From a virus (taxonomy: Duplodnaviria > Caudoviricetes), in the IMG/VR virus record IMGVR_UViG_3300048576_000567, positions 1 through 32,259 of that record: 32,259 nucleotides of DNA. One strand, 5' to 3'. The position numbers and the translations under genes were made by a program. The notes beneath the pieces were generated by a model. The model was not told the origin of the DNA, did not search any database, and was given only the letters and a program-made list of their open reading frames with translations. Positions 24,171 to 32,259 of the stretch are shown piece by piece (position 1 is the first letter of the stretch; each line of letters starts with the position of its first letter).

Positions 24171-25049
24171 TTATCCCACGATCTCCGTCGTCGTTCTGCA
24201 CCGCCAGTGAAAGGGCGGAAAGGGTGCATGCGCACCCGATACCCCGATCGGCTCGTCCTCGTCGTTGTAAACGACCTGGTCGTCTTTGACCCATGGCGCA
24301 AGTGCCTTGATGTAGTCGCGGGCCTCGTCCAGGCTGGAGGAGCGGGTGTTGAGGGACTGAAGGTTATCCATCACATCGAGGGCCGTGTTGAGGGGATAGA
24401 CCTTGTCCTGAGCGGCGAGGGCGCGGCAGATGTCCGACGTACGGTCGTCGAGAATCACCACCAGCCGGTAGTACTGGGCCTTGGCTTTCTTGTAGCCCTG
24501 GAGTCTGCCGAACTCCCGCACCCGTAGGGCGGTATGCTCGGCCAGACCCTGCCAGTACGAAGCGGACTTTTCGGCGAGATCCGCGAACTGGGTTTTCAGC
24601 GCGTCGGCCAGCATCTCCTTGGTGTAGCCCTGCGCAAGGGCGGTGGAGAGGGTGTCGGTGAAGCTTTTCCGAACGTCAGCCTCGAAGTGATTACCCACCC
24701 AAAACGTCTGCTGCTGCTGGACGATGTTGGAGAGCCGTTGATCCTCGAGACCCCACAAGCCCACGCTGGCACGTGAGGGAACCATTACCTGGGCATCTCT
24801 TAATCCCAATCTCAGATTGCGCTCCATGAACGCTTTCGTGGGCTGGTTGACGGCTGAAGCGAAGTCGTCACCGAGTTGCGAGCCGATCACCTCGATGAGT
24901 TGGTCGATGTGGGTCTTGGACAGCTTTTCGTGACGGGGCAGGTCGGAGAGCATCTGGATAGCTCGCCGGGCCGCATCCTTGATTTCGGTTTTCCAGGCGT
25001 TGTTCAGGACGCGATAGTATTCCAGCATCACCCGGTCGTAATAATCCAT
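24171..25049 (-). CDS. Head morphogenesis / minor head protein, Mu gpF / SPP1 gp7-like (292 aa)
   Basis: LDDRTSDICRAL and C-terminal PPFHWRCRTT motifs. Start MDYYDR lies after the terminase stop. Confidence 0.85.
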   Translation of the reverse strand: MDYYDRVMLEYYRVLNNAWKTEIKDAARRAIQMLSDLPRHEKLSKTHIDQLIEVIGSQLGDDFASAVNQPTKAFMERNLRLGLRDAQVMVPSRASVGLWGLEDQRLSNIVQQQQTFWVGNHFEADVRKSFTDTLSTALAQGYTKEMLADALKTQFADLAEKSASYWQGLAEHTALRVREFGRLQGYKKAKAQYYRLVVILDDRTSDICRALAAQDKVYPLNTALDVMDNLQSLNTRSSSLDEARDYIKALAPWVKDDQVVYNDEDEPIGVSGAHAPFPPFHWRCRTTTEIVG

Positions 25050-25068
25050 TTCTACCCCTCTCCCGGCC

Positions 25069-26613
25069 TCAGAATACCAGTCTGCGCACGCGAACCCGGT
25101 TGCGGCCGGTGTCGTATTCGACAAAGCGTTCCAGGCAGCCCGCGAGCGCGTCACAGGCGTCGATGTAGCCGTCGGGGTAGGTCAGGAATTGGGAAACCAA
25201 TACCGGGGTGTCCTGGCCGTCCGGGAACAGCACTTTGCCCGTCTCGATCACGGTCTCGGTGCGCTCGATGCGCAGGTTCTTGTTCTCGCGGTTGTCGATC
25301 CGCTTGATGTGCCGGCTGATCGGAGCCAGGCCGGTATCCAGACACCAGCGGTCGAAGTCGGCGAGGATGCGCTCCTGCCCAAACGAAGTTTCCATCGCGG
25401 CTCGGAAACGCGCTCCGAATCGGCCGTTCAGATACTCCCAAACCTCATGGAACTTCGTAAAGAGCCGGGTGTTTTCCGTCTGGCGCACCCACACGTCCAT
25501 CGCGTAGAACAGGCGGCCATCGTAGCCGATGCTGATGATGGCCTTGTAGCAGCCTTTCTCGCCCCAGGCGGGGTCGGCGTAGAGCCAGACGCGTTTCATG
25601 GGCGGGAGGGATCGCCACCTCAGGAACCAGTGGTTTTTGAAGATGTTGCCTTCGATCACCGGGATACCGAGCATTTCCCTTTGGTAGCCGGTGAAGCCGA
25701 ACTTGGCCCGGAGATCGGGCAGGGAATCCGTCGGGTACTGCTCCTCCCACGCCGAGGTGCCCTCCGGGGTTTCCAGAGGAAAACGCAGAATCGCCCGTTG
25801 CGGGGTGCGGAGCACTGATTCGCGTTGGAAGTCGTCGTCCGGGCGATCGGCCTTCAGATCGGCGATAATGAGTTCCTGGAACTGGCAGATCGCGTAGTTG
25901 GGGTGGACGAGGTTACCAAGCCAGATGACCTTGCCGGAGCCGTCCGGTGCAAGAACACCAGCGATCTCATGCAGGATCATGTTCATGCGCCGTTTGCCGA
26001 TGGACTGGTTCCCGATGTGCTCTTCCTTGTCGATATCGTCGCAGACCACCAGCCCGGGCCGTTTCGCGGTCTGCGGATTGATCGTCCCGCGATGGGATTG
26101 CCGGATCGAGCGTGCCCGGATACGGCACCTATTCCTCAGAAAGAAATCGAGGGGAAAGGTATCCACCGGAGTGAGTTCGGGGAAGTCGGTGAGCAACCTG
26201 CGATTGTTCTGTAGCTCGTGCAGGGTAAAGGCGGTGCGCTCCTCCGCCAGGTCGATGTCGGCGGCGGTGTGGATCACGTAGCTCTCTCCCCGGATGATGC
26301 GCCAGATCGGGTAGACGACCCCCATCAACACGGTTTTGCCGAGTCCGCGAAAGCCGGTGATGGCCGTGATGCCGTTGTTCTCGTCCACCTCACGGAACAT
26401 GGTCTCGTGGGCGGAGCAGAAGGGCAGCCCGAAGACATGCGGGAAGTAACCGCGGCAGAAAAAGGAGAAAGCCTCCCAGCCCTGGGCTTTCACCAGGGCG
26501 ATGCGGGAGGCTCTCAACTCCGGGGTATCGTCGGGGAATGGAAGGATCGATAAAGTTTTCGCAGCGATGTCGGCGAGTGCCTTCTGCTGCTTCTGGATGA
26601 ACTTCTTAGCCAT
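25069..26613 (-). CDS. Terminase large subunit (514 aa)
   Basis: GFRGLGKT (Walker A), VVCDDID (Walker B), WLGN, YADPAWG nuclease motif and DACDAL. Confidence 0.9.
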   Translation of the reverse strand: MAKKFIQKQQKALADIAAKTLSILPFPDDTPELRASRIALVKAQGWEAFSFFCRGYFPHVFGLPFCSAHETMFREVDENNGITAITGFRGLGKTVLMGVVYPIWRIIRGESYVIHTAADIDLAEERTAFTLHELQNNRRLLTDFPELTPVDTFPLDFFLRNRCRIRARSIRQSHRGTINPQTAKRPGLVVCDDIDKEEHIGNQSIGKRRMNMILHEIAGVLAPDGSGKVIWLGNLVHPNYAICQFQELIIADLKADRPDDDFQRESVLRTPQRAILRFPLETPEGTSAWEEQYPTDSLPDLRAKFGFTGYQREMLGIPVIEGNIFKNHWFLRWRSLPPMKRVWLYADPAWGEKGCYKAIISIGYDGRLFYAMDVWVRQTENTRLFTKFHEVWEYLNGRFGARFRAAMETSFGQERILADFDRWCLDTGLAPISRHIKRIDNRENKNLRIERTETVIETGKVLFPDGQDTPVLVSQFLTYPDGYIDACDALAGCLERFVEYDTGRNRVRVRRLVF

Positions 26614-27055
26614 TTTTCAGGCGCAGGTATTCGGCGAGATCGAGGAGAATCTCCTGAAAATTCTTGAGCAGGCTTTCATGGCCCTTCTCGACCATGTAGT
26701 CGGTCGTCTGATCCAGGAACCGAATGATATACTCGTTCAGTTCTTTCGCAGGCTCGTTCTCCCGCCGGTCATGCTTGATCAGGGATACAAGGCTCTGCAA
26801 AGCCGTATCAGCAGGGTTCTGGGCGTATTCTCGCAATGCCTGGATGAGGGCTTTCTTGCGGGCTACCTTGATTTCGTAGTCCAGGCGGTGTTCCTCGCGG
26901 TATAACTCATCCCAGCGTCCCGCCTTGATCCACTTGCGGATGGTGATTTCGGAAACGCCCAGGGCGATGCCCAGCTCCTCGAGGTCATGTTTCCCATTGA
27001 GATAGGCGTCCCGGCAGGATTCACGCTTGATTTTGAATTCTCTGGTGTGCGCCAT
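26606..27055 (-). CDS. Putative terminase small subunit with N-terminal HTH (149 aa)
   Basis: LEELGIALGVSEITIRKWIKAGRW HTH; overlaps the large-subunit start. Confidence 0.7.
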   Translation of the reverse strand: MAHTREFKIKRESCRDAYLNGKHDLEELGIALGVSEITIRKWIKAGRWDELYREEHRLDYEIKVARKKALIQALREYAQNPADTALQSLVSLIKHDRRENEPAKELNEYIIRFLDQTTDYMVEKGHESLLKNFQEILLDLAEYLRLKNG

Positions 27056-27059
27056 CGGG

Positions 27060-27269
27060 TCACTCGTTCAAGGGGTCGATTTTATGGCTTTCCAGGTAGG
27101 CGTTCAGGTCTTTGCCATGCACCCGGATCTGGCCGTTGTTTTTAAGTCGGAAGGCCGGCATGGGATCGTCGATATCTTTAATCAGCCGGTAGATGGTCGA
27201 GATGTCGGCACTCAGTTTGTCCGCGATCTCGTCCGGGCGATAGCAGCGTTCGTCGTTGAAAATACTCAT
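27060..27269 (-). CDS. Small excisionase/MerR-like HTH protein (69 aa)
   Basis: YRPDEIADKLSADISTIYRLI...PAFRL...QIRV...DLNAYLE; RBS AAGGAG. Confidence 0.8.
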   Translation of the reverse strand: MSIFNDERCYRPDEIADKLSADISTIYRLIKDIDDPMPAFRLKNNGQIRVHGKDLNAYLESHKIDPLNE

Positions 27270-27297
27270 CGTGCGCTCCTTAGCAGTGATCCGCAGG

Positions 27298-27354
27298 CAA
27301 CCTATATCCAACCATGCACGAGGTCAAAGACGGCTGCCTGCGGATGCCAAAGAA
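27298..27354 (-). promoter_or_regulatory. Late promoter B (HTH-terminase-gpF operon)
   Basis: Minus strand TTGACC-N17-TAGGTT; 42/57 identity to 13041-13097. Confidence 0.65.
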
Positions 27355-27370
27355 AGTGACCGTTTGGCAA

Positions 27371-27979
27371 TCAGAGCGAACTAAAATTGAGCACCACCTG
27401 TTCATATGCCCCGCCCGGCTCCCGACGGTAGAACGCAATATACTGTTTGGTGCTGGTCACCTGGATGGCCTTGTCGATCAGCTCCATCGCCTCTTTCCAC
27501 TTGGGGTCTTTGATGTGATACCGACGCAGGGCCAGGATGCGGTACTTGGCGATCTCGCCCTTCTTATCGACCTGGAACGCCTCCGAGATGATTGCCTTGA
27601 GGTTGTCGTTGGACTCCGACGTCCATTCCTTCAGGCATTCGTCGATCTTCTGCTTGGCCAGTTGCAGTTCCACGCCGAAGCGGATGTTCTCCTTATACCG
27701 AATCTCCACCCGCAGGCTGTCGTCGAAGCTGGTCAGTTCGGCGTTGCCTTTCCAGACCGTGCCGTTCCGCTGGGCAAGATCGGCCAGGTAGGACTCGAGC
27801 TCTTCGGTCAGCTTCTGTTTATCGGCCACCAGGCGTTCGTTCAGCTTGATCACTTTCTCCATGACCCGCTTCACCAGGGCGTCCCGCACCACCAGTTCCT
27901 TGTCCAGCACCTTCACCGGGAACTCCCGCCCCTGGCTGTCCGTCAGTGTCCTCTCTCTCTTGGGGGTCTTCTGCTCCAT
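27371..27979 (-). CDS. DUF3164-family protein of Mu-like phages (202 aa)
   Basis: KGNAELTSFD, LQLAKQKIDECLKEW, AFQVDKKG and WKEAMELI motifs; RBS AAGGAG. Confidence 0.8.
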   Translation of the reverse strand: MEQKTPKRERTLTDSQGREFPVKVLDKELVVRDALVKRVMEKVIKLNERLVADKQKLTEELESYLADLAQRNGTVWKGNAELTSFDDSLRVEIRYKENIRFGVELQLAKQKIDECLKEWTSESNDNLKAIISEAFQVDKKGEIAKYRILALRRYHIKDPKWKEAMELIDKAIQVTSTKQYIAFYRREPGGAYEQVVLNFSSL

Positions 27980-28370
27980 GAGCAATCTCCTTCTTATTGA
28001 TGTAGTTGGAAAGCATTGCGATGACTCCGCGACGCTCGTTCGGGTCGAGCACGTTCCAGTGAGTCTTCGAATAGCGCTTGATGAGGTGCAGGCGCAGATC
28101 TGTCTCGCTCCAGCCCACTTGCTTGAGCAGGGAAAACATGAACATCCCCTGCCGGTCGTAGGTGAACGCCTCCGGACGGCCATGCCTGCGGTTCTCGACC
28201 AACCGCTGTTTAAGTTGGGATAAACGCTCCTCATTCAACGCCCGCAGCGAGTCGCCGAACCCCAGCCGCTCCATGACCTTCTTCAGCACCCAGTCCGGAT
28301 ACCCGTATTTACGGTTCCAGATGGCGTTGATGTCCTGACGCAGCTTCCGTTCACGCGCTTCCCGAGTCAT
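27819..28370 (-). CDS. GemA/Mu gp16 (DUF1018)-like protein (183 aa)
   Basis: Two short helical repeats (GFGDSLRALNEERL; LIKRYSKTHWNVLDPNERRGVIAML) in the Mu semi-essential region. The 3' end overlaps DUF3164. Confidence 0.55.
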   Translation of the reverse strand: MTREARERKLRQDINAIWNRKYGYPDWVLKKVMERLGFGDSLRALNEERLSQLKQRLVENRRHGRPEAFTYDRQGMFMFSLLKQVGWSETDLRLHLIKRYSKTHWNVLDPNERRGVIAMLSNYINKKEIAHGAEDPQEREDTDGQPGAGVPGEGAGQGTGGAGRPGEAGHGESDQAERTPGGR

Positions 28371-28393
28371 TGCGATGCCTTCCTGTAAACTGA

Positions 28394-28894
28394 TTACACC
28401 CGCGGTTTCACGGGATGGTTGTAGCCCTTCATCTGTCCGAGGATGCCCTTCCTGACCACGCTTCCGAGGAACGGCAGCTTCGCCCGGGATTTGACTACGT
28501 AGCAGTCGTTCTCGACGACCACCATGCCGAGGCTGGCCAGGGCTTCCAGATACACGTACACCCATTGCCGACTGTAGCCCATCGCGGCCCCGATCTCGCG
28601 CACGCTGGTATAGGCCTGCTTTTCCAGCACATCGAGTAGGTGATTCGCCTTCTCAAGGTTCAGCGGCCAGGGCGTGGGGCCGATCGCGGTCGGAGCCGGG
28701 CCGTAGCGATACATCCTCACGTAGATGTCCTCTTCACGGGAGATACGCTTGATCCGGTCGTTCCGTTCCAGTTCAGTCAGGATCGGTTGCACCCGGGCTT
28801 CCGGGATGCCGGTGAGTTGCATGATGGTCCGGGCGGTGAAGGGTTTGCGATACTGCGTGGCGCAGTTGCAGACAATGGCTCTATCCTGTTGCAT
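28394..28894 (-). CDS. Tandem winged-HTH DNA-binding protein (166 aa)
   Basis: PFTARTIMQLTGIPEARVQPILTEL and TSVREIGAAMGYSRQWVYVYLEAL. Confidence 0.65.
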   Translation of the reverse strand: MQQDRAIVCNCATQYRKPFTARTIMQLTGIPEARVQPILTELERNDRIKRISREEDIYVRMYRYGPAPTAIGPTPWPLNLEKANHLLDVLEKQAYTSVREIGAAMGYSRQWVYVYLEALASLGMVVVENDCYVVKSRAKLPFLGSVVRKGILGQMKGYNHPVKPRV

Positions 28895-28903
28895 GATCGT
28901 CTC

Positions 28904-29611
28904 CTAAGCGAGGTCGTTCACCGAGACGCGGGAGAGGTTTCCGGCCCCGGCCCGTTGTTCGATGGTGTGGATGATCTTCATGGCCTTGCGCAGGTTCCCG
29001 CAAGCGTGGAAGTCGATGTATTCGACGATATCGGATGAAAACTTCACCTCGAGCACCTCCTTGCAGAGCAGAGAGATATCGGCCCGGGTAACGGGTGTGA
29101 ACTCGTAGAAGATGTTGCACCGATCGAAGTAGTACTCGTTGATTTGCAGGAGTTTCTCGCGGGCGTTCTGCATCCCGACCAGCACCACGATGGCCAGAGT
29201 CTCGTCCACGATGTCGCGGATCATGCCCAGCAGGTCGGGTCGGGCGAAGGCGTAGTCGATCTCGTCGATCACGATGACCGTATCGCCATGATCTTCGAGT
29301 AGAGCCAGGCACTTGCGGAACAACCCGTTGGCGGTTCCCTGAAAGGCGTGACTGGGGATGCCGAGCCGGGCGTAGAGCGCGTCGAGCAATTGCAGTGCGA
29401 AGTTCTTGGGCGTGGAGGTGGATTCCAGCCGGAGATAGACATAGCCCTTCGAGAAGGCCATGCGACTGGCGTAAGTGGTTTTGCCCAGGCCAGGCTTACC
29501 GTAGAGGAGTCCCAGCCCTACCATCTCCATTTTCGGGCGTTGGTGCAGGTAGCGGATGCAGTTCTCGGCTTCCACAACATTATGCGTTTTCACTAATTTG
29601 CCTTGTTTCAT
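28904..29611 (-). CDS. MuB/TnsC-like AAA+ transposition ATPase (235 aa)
   Basis: GKPGLGKT, IVIDEID, VLVGM and GNLR; directly downstream of the transposase. Confidence 0.9.
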   Translation of the reverse strand: MKQGKLVKTHNVVEAENCIRYLHQRPKMEMVGLGLLYGKPGLGKTTYASRMAFSKGYVYLRLESTSTPKNFALQLLDALYARLGIPSHAFQGTANGLFRKCLALLEDHGDTVIVIDEIDYAFARPDLLGMIRDIVDETLAIVVLVGMQNAREKLLQINEYYFDRCNIFYEFTPVTRADISLLCKEVLEVKFSSDIVEYIDFHACGNLRKAMKIIHTIEQRAGAGNLSRVSVNDLA

Positions 29612-29621
29612 GTCCGCCTCC

Positions 29622-31664
29622 CTACTTGATCCCGATGGCTTTCAGCATCTCGTCGAAGGACTTGCGTTTGACCTGCGGGAAGGGCAGTTCATCGGCCTCT
29701 ACCTGGACTTCCGCTTCTATCGCTTCATCAACGTCGTTTTCGTTGTCATGCCGCTCCCTGAACGCCTCCAAGGCCATCCGATCCAGGGAAACCTGCGGCT
29801 GTGGCGGGGCGATCAGCGGAGGCTTGACGAACAGCTCCGGCTCGATATCGGTCAGGGAGCTGGGCTTGATCAGCTCGTCGACCGCCTCCTGAGTGCGTTT
29901 CACCACCTGCTTGGTCGCCTGCTGGGTCTGCCGGAGTAGCTTCTTGATCTGCTGATGCTCCTTCTGCAGCTCCTTGTGAGCGGTGGGTCGGTCAGCGGCC
30001 AGCTTCAGGAAGGGATGCTGCAGCCTTCTTACCTCCGCCTGGCAGATGAACTGGTTCTGGAGCGTGTAAACCAGCACCCAGCGGGCGTCGGCGTAGTCGA
30101 AGCGGATCACCACCGGCTTGCCGACGTGGTTCACCAGGTTGTCGTGCCAATAGAGGCAGTGATTGAGTCGCAGCCCTTCGGCCCGGATTTTCTTGCGTTC
30201 CACCGCCAGCATCATGTAGTTCAGCTCGCTGGGTTCGATGAGCCGCTCCGGATCGGGCGTCGCGCCGCTGAAGACTTCCCAGGGCGTTTTGCCTTTCAGC
30301 CCGGAATGCGGGGTCTCGCCATAAATGTGGCGCACGTAGAAACTGATCATGCGCATGGTCTCGTCCACGGTTGGCGCGTCGCCTTTGAACATCTTCTGCA
30401 TCCAAGCTTCGTTGCGATCCAGCCAGGCCGGTTTGTCGGCGATACTCGCTCCCCGGAAGGTGCCGATGAACCGCTCGAACTGTTCTTGCATGGTGTGGAA
30501 GAACCGCTCGATGATCTTGGCGCGGGCGTTGTAGGCCTCGGCGAAGGTAACGCCGATGCCCAACCTTGGGAAGATGCCGCCCAACTCGGTGGCCAGATCG
30601 TGATCCTCCCACTTCTCGTTGAAAAGCTTCGAGCGGAACGCCTTGCCGTTATCGAGATACACATGCTTCGGCAGAACCGCGTAGGCGGGAAGCGGGTTCT
30701 CGTGCTCCCGCCCGGGTTGATAGGCGTTCAGAAACCCATTGCGGAAGGCCACGCAGATGTGCTGGCTGTCCTCGGATACCGCCAGGGACGCGCCTACCGG
30801 GTAACGCGAGGCCCAGTCGATCACCAGAATCATGGTCATGCGGATCGGCTTGCCGGTGGCGGGATTGATCACGTCGAAGGCGAGTTTGTGACCATCGGCC
30901 ACCCAGACATCATTTACCGCTAAAAGGCTATCATCACGTAAAATGCTTTTCACGATCTTCTCCGATACGAACTTGCTGCCGTTCCGAGCCTGCGCCCAGA
31001 CAGCGGGGTGATCTTTCGCCCAATCCTCGCACCAACGTTGCAGGGTCTTCACTCCCGAAGGCGACTCCAGCAGGCCCATCTTGGCCATGCTCTTGAGGTT
31101 CTGCACGGCGGTGTAGACCTTGATTCGCTTCGGCGACAGGAGGAGGGAGAGCAGGTAGTTCTGCTCGGCGTAGGTGACTTTCCGACCGCGAATCTCGTTG
31201 CGGCCCTTGTGGATGAGCGAGTACATGTCGCAGTTATGGTCGAGGTAGGTTTCCAGCCACAGGCGCAGTGCTCTTTCACTTCGATGCCCTCTCAGTCGGA
31301 ACAGCTCCGGCACGAATCGCCCGGCGTTGTAGTCGGCAGTGATGGTCACCCACTCGCTGACCTTCGACTCGCAGTTGTCGAGCCGTTCGATCACCTCGGT
31401 GCAGAAGCGACCGAAAAGCCGGGCTTCGGCGTCGTGCTTGTAGTGCACCGGCTCGGCAGGGTGAAGATTGAGCGACGGAACCGCCGCACTTACCCGCCTC
31501 AGCGGTTTCCCGGATTCCACAACGTCCAGGGCAGTCTCGATTTGCTCCGGGTTCCGAAGTTCACGGTAGTCGATCCGCACCGGCCCGGTGGATTCCTGTA
31601 ATGAGGGCAAAACCTCGGCGAGTTGCTCTGTGTATCCGAGCTCAAGGGAGTCGGGCTTATTCAT
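29622..31664 (-). CDS. MuA-like DDE transposase (680 aa)
   Basis: VWVADGH, VIDWASR, YLDNGKAF, YNARAKIIERFF, PHSGLKGKTP and a Mu C-terminal beta domain. GGAGG RBS before MNKPD. Confidence 0.93.
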   Translation of the reverse strand: MNKPDSLELGYTEQLAEVLPSLQESTGPVRIDYRELRNPEQIETALDVVESGKPLRRVSAAVPSLNLHPAEPVHYKHDAEARLFGRFCTEVIERLDNCESKVSEWVTITADYNAGRFVPELFRLRGHRSERALRLWLETYLDHNCDMYSLIHKGRNEIRGRKVTYAEQNYLLSLLLSPKRIKVYTAVQNLKSMAKMGLLESPSGVKTLQRWCEDWAKDHPAVWAQARNGSKFVSEKIVKSILRDDSLLAVNDVWVADGHKLAFDVINPATGKPIRMTMILVIDWASRYPVGASLAVSEDSQHICVAFRNGFLNAYQPGREHENPLPAYAVLPKHVYLDNGKAFRSKLFNEKWEDHDLATELGGIFPRLGIGVTFAEAYNARAKIIERFFHTMQEQFERFIGTFRGASIADKPAWLDRNEAWMQKMFKGDAPTVDETMRMISFYVRHIYGETPHSGLKGKTPWEVFSGATPDPERLIEPSELNYMMLAVERKKIRAEGLRLNHCLYWHDNLVNHVGKPVVIRFDYADARWVLVYTLQNQFICQAEVRRLQHPFLKLAADRPTAHKELQKEHQQIKKLLRQTQQATKQVVKRTQEAVDELIKPSSLTDIEPELFVKPPLIAPPQPQVSLDRMALEAFRERHDNENDVDEAIEAEVQVEADELPFPQVKRKSFDEMLKAIGIK

Positions 31665-32013
31665 CTCCGCCTCCCTTCTGGCTCGTTCCGACAAGATCGT
31701 AGCCCATCACGAACATCGAAGGGTATTCCTTCTCTTTGATCGTGAGCACGGCCTGATCGTCGATCCTTGGTTCGATCCCTTTGCTCTCGCAATCCTCCCG
31801 CTCTAATCGGTAGAGGGTCTGATCTGCGAGAATGAAGGTCTTCCGGGTCGCCCGCCGTCCAACTCTGACGTCTCGCTTCACGGCGACGAGCTTCCGATCC
31901 TTCACTTGTCTCCATAACGTGCGTTTGCATATATTCAGCAGCTCCGCCGCTCTCTCCGAGGGCAGCCAGAGCAGTTTTACCTGTTCTTTCATGACCAACC
32001 CCGCTGCTTCCAT
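31657..32013 (-). CDS. HTH DNA-binding protein upstream of the transposase (start uncertain: 31992, 32013 or 32259)
   Basis: LWLPSERAAELLNICKRTLWRQVK HTH; 8-nt overlap with the transposase start. Confidence 0.7.
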   Translation of the reverse strand: MEAAGLVMKEQVKLLWLPSERAAELLNICKRTLWRQVKDRKLVAVKRDVRVGRRATRKTFILADQTLYRLEREDCESKGIEPRIDDQAVLTIKEKEYPSMFVMGYDLVGTSQKGGGDE

Positions 32014-32017
32014 CCCG

Positions 32018-32225
32018 TTCACTGTGACATTGACTGTGACATTTTCCGGGTTCACTGTGACAAAACCCCGGCTTACTCCGGTACTTTTCGCTTTCACTGT
32101 GACATTTCGCCTGGCTTTCAGGCGAATTCCTTTCCCCAGAGTGATTTTCCGGGGAAGTCCCCTTTCGGCAATCACTGTGACATTTTTCCTGTCGCGGTGA
32201 ATGTCACAGTCAGTGTCACAGTGAA
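32018..32225. repeat. Array of seven ACTGTGACA 9-mers bounded by 26-bp inverted repeats
   Basis: Forward copies at 32021, 32033, 32054, 32096 and 32174; reverse copies at 32202 and 32214. 32018-32043 matches the reverse complement of 32200-32225 with one mismatch. Confidence 0.9.
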
Positions 32226-32259
32226 TCCCTTTCGGTGATTCGTTGTCCTGTCGCTTCAT

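Larger units (their letters stand above)
1..32259 (-). mobile_element. Mu-like transposable prophage (partial; repressor and both ends lie outside the window) with internal cargo island
   Basis: Co-oriented minus-strand DDE transposase, AAA ATPase, DUF3164, GemA-like, terminase, gpF-like, portal, capsid, tail and tape-measure genes, many linked by ATGA/TGATG overlaps. Confidence 0.93.

Noticed and set aside
28904-31664. Transposase plus ATPase as a Tn7/CAST element
   Set aside because: No TniQ/TnsD, cas gene or CRISPR array was seen, and the downstream genes are Mu-like phage genes.
32018-32225. 9-mer array as a CRISPR array
   Set aside because: The repeats are too short, irregularly spaced and in both orientations.
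1-32259. Host taxonomy and exact prophage ends
   Set aside because: No host genes, repressor or terminal TG...CA ends are identifiable in the window; assigning them needs a database search and flanking sequence.

Overview
The window is most of a GC-rich Mu-like (transposable) prophage read on the minus strand. From right to left it carries an HTH gene, DDE transposase, AAA+ transposition ATPase, GemA-like and DUF3164 genes, terminases and a gpF-like head protein. After a gap come endolysin, neck genes, portal, an XkdF-protease/capsid fusion, holin, tail tube, tail chaperone, two orphan adenine methyltransferases, tape measure and tail-tip genes. No sheath gene is visible, so the tail is probably siphovirus-like. 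The gap (~13.1-24.2 kb) holds plus-strand cargo, AT-richer up to ~23.3 kb: Type III R-M (mod/res), an uncharacterised coupled gene pair, a Sir2-HerA (Nezha-type) system and two duplicated self-contained cassettes encoding paralogous ~90-aa proteins. The best candidate for an undescribed system is that gene pair at 18631-20296 (PD-(D/E)xK-like nuclease plus a TPR-like/OB-like partner), flanked by two known defence systems. Non-coding structure includes a 57-bp promoter shared by both late operons and an array of seven ACTGTGACA sites bounded by 26-bp inverted repeats upstream of the transposase operon. All product calls come from motif recognition by eye; no database searches were run.
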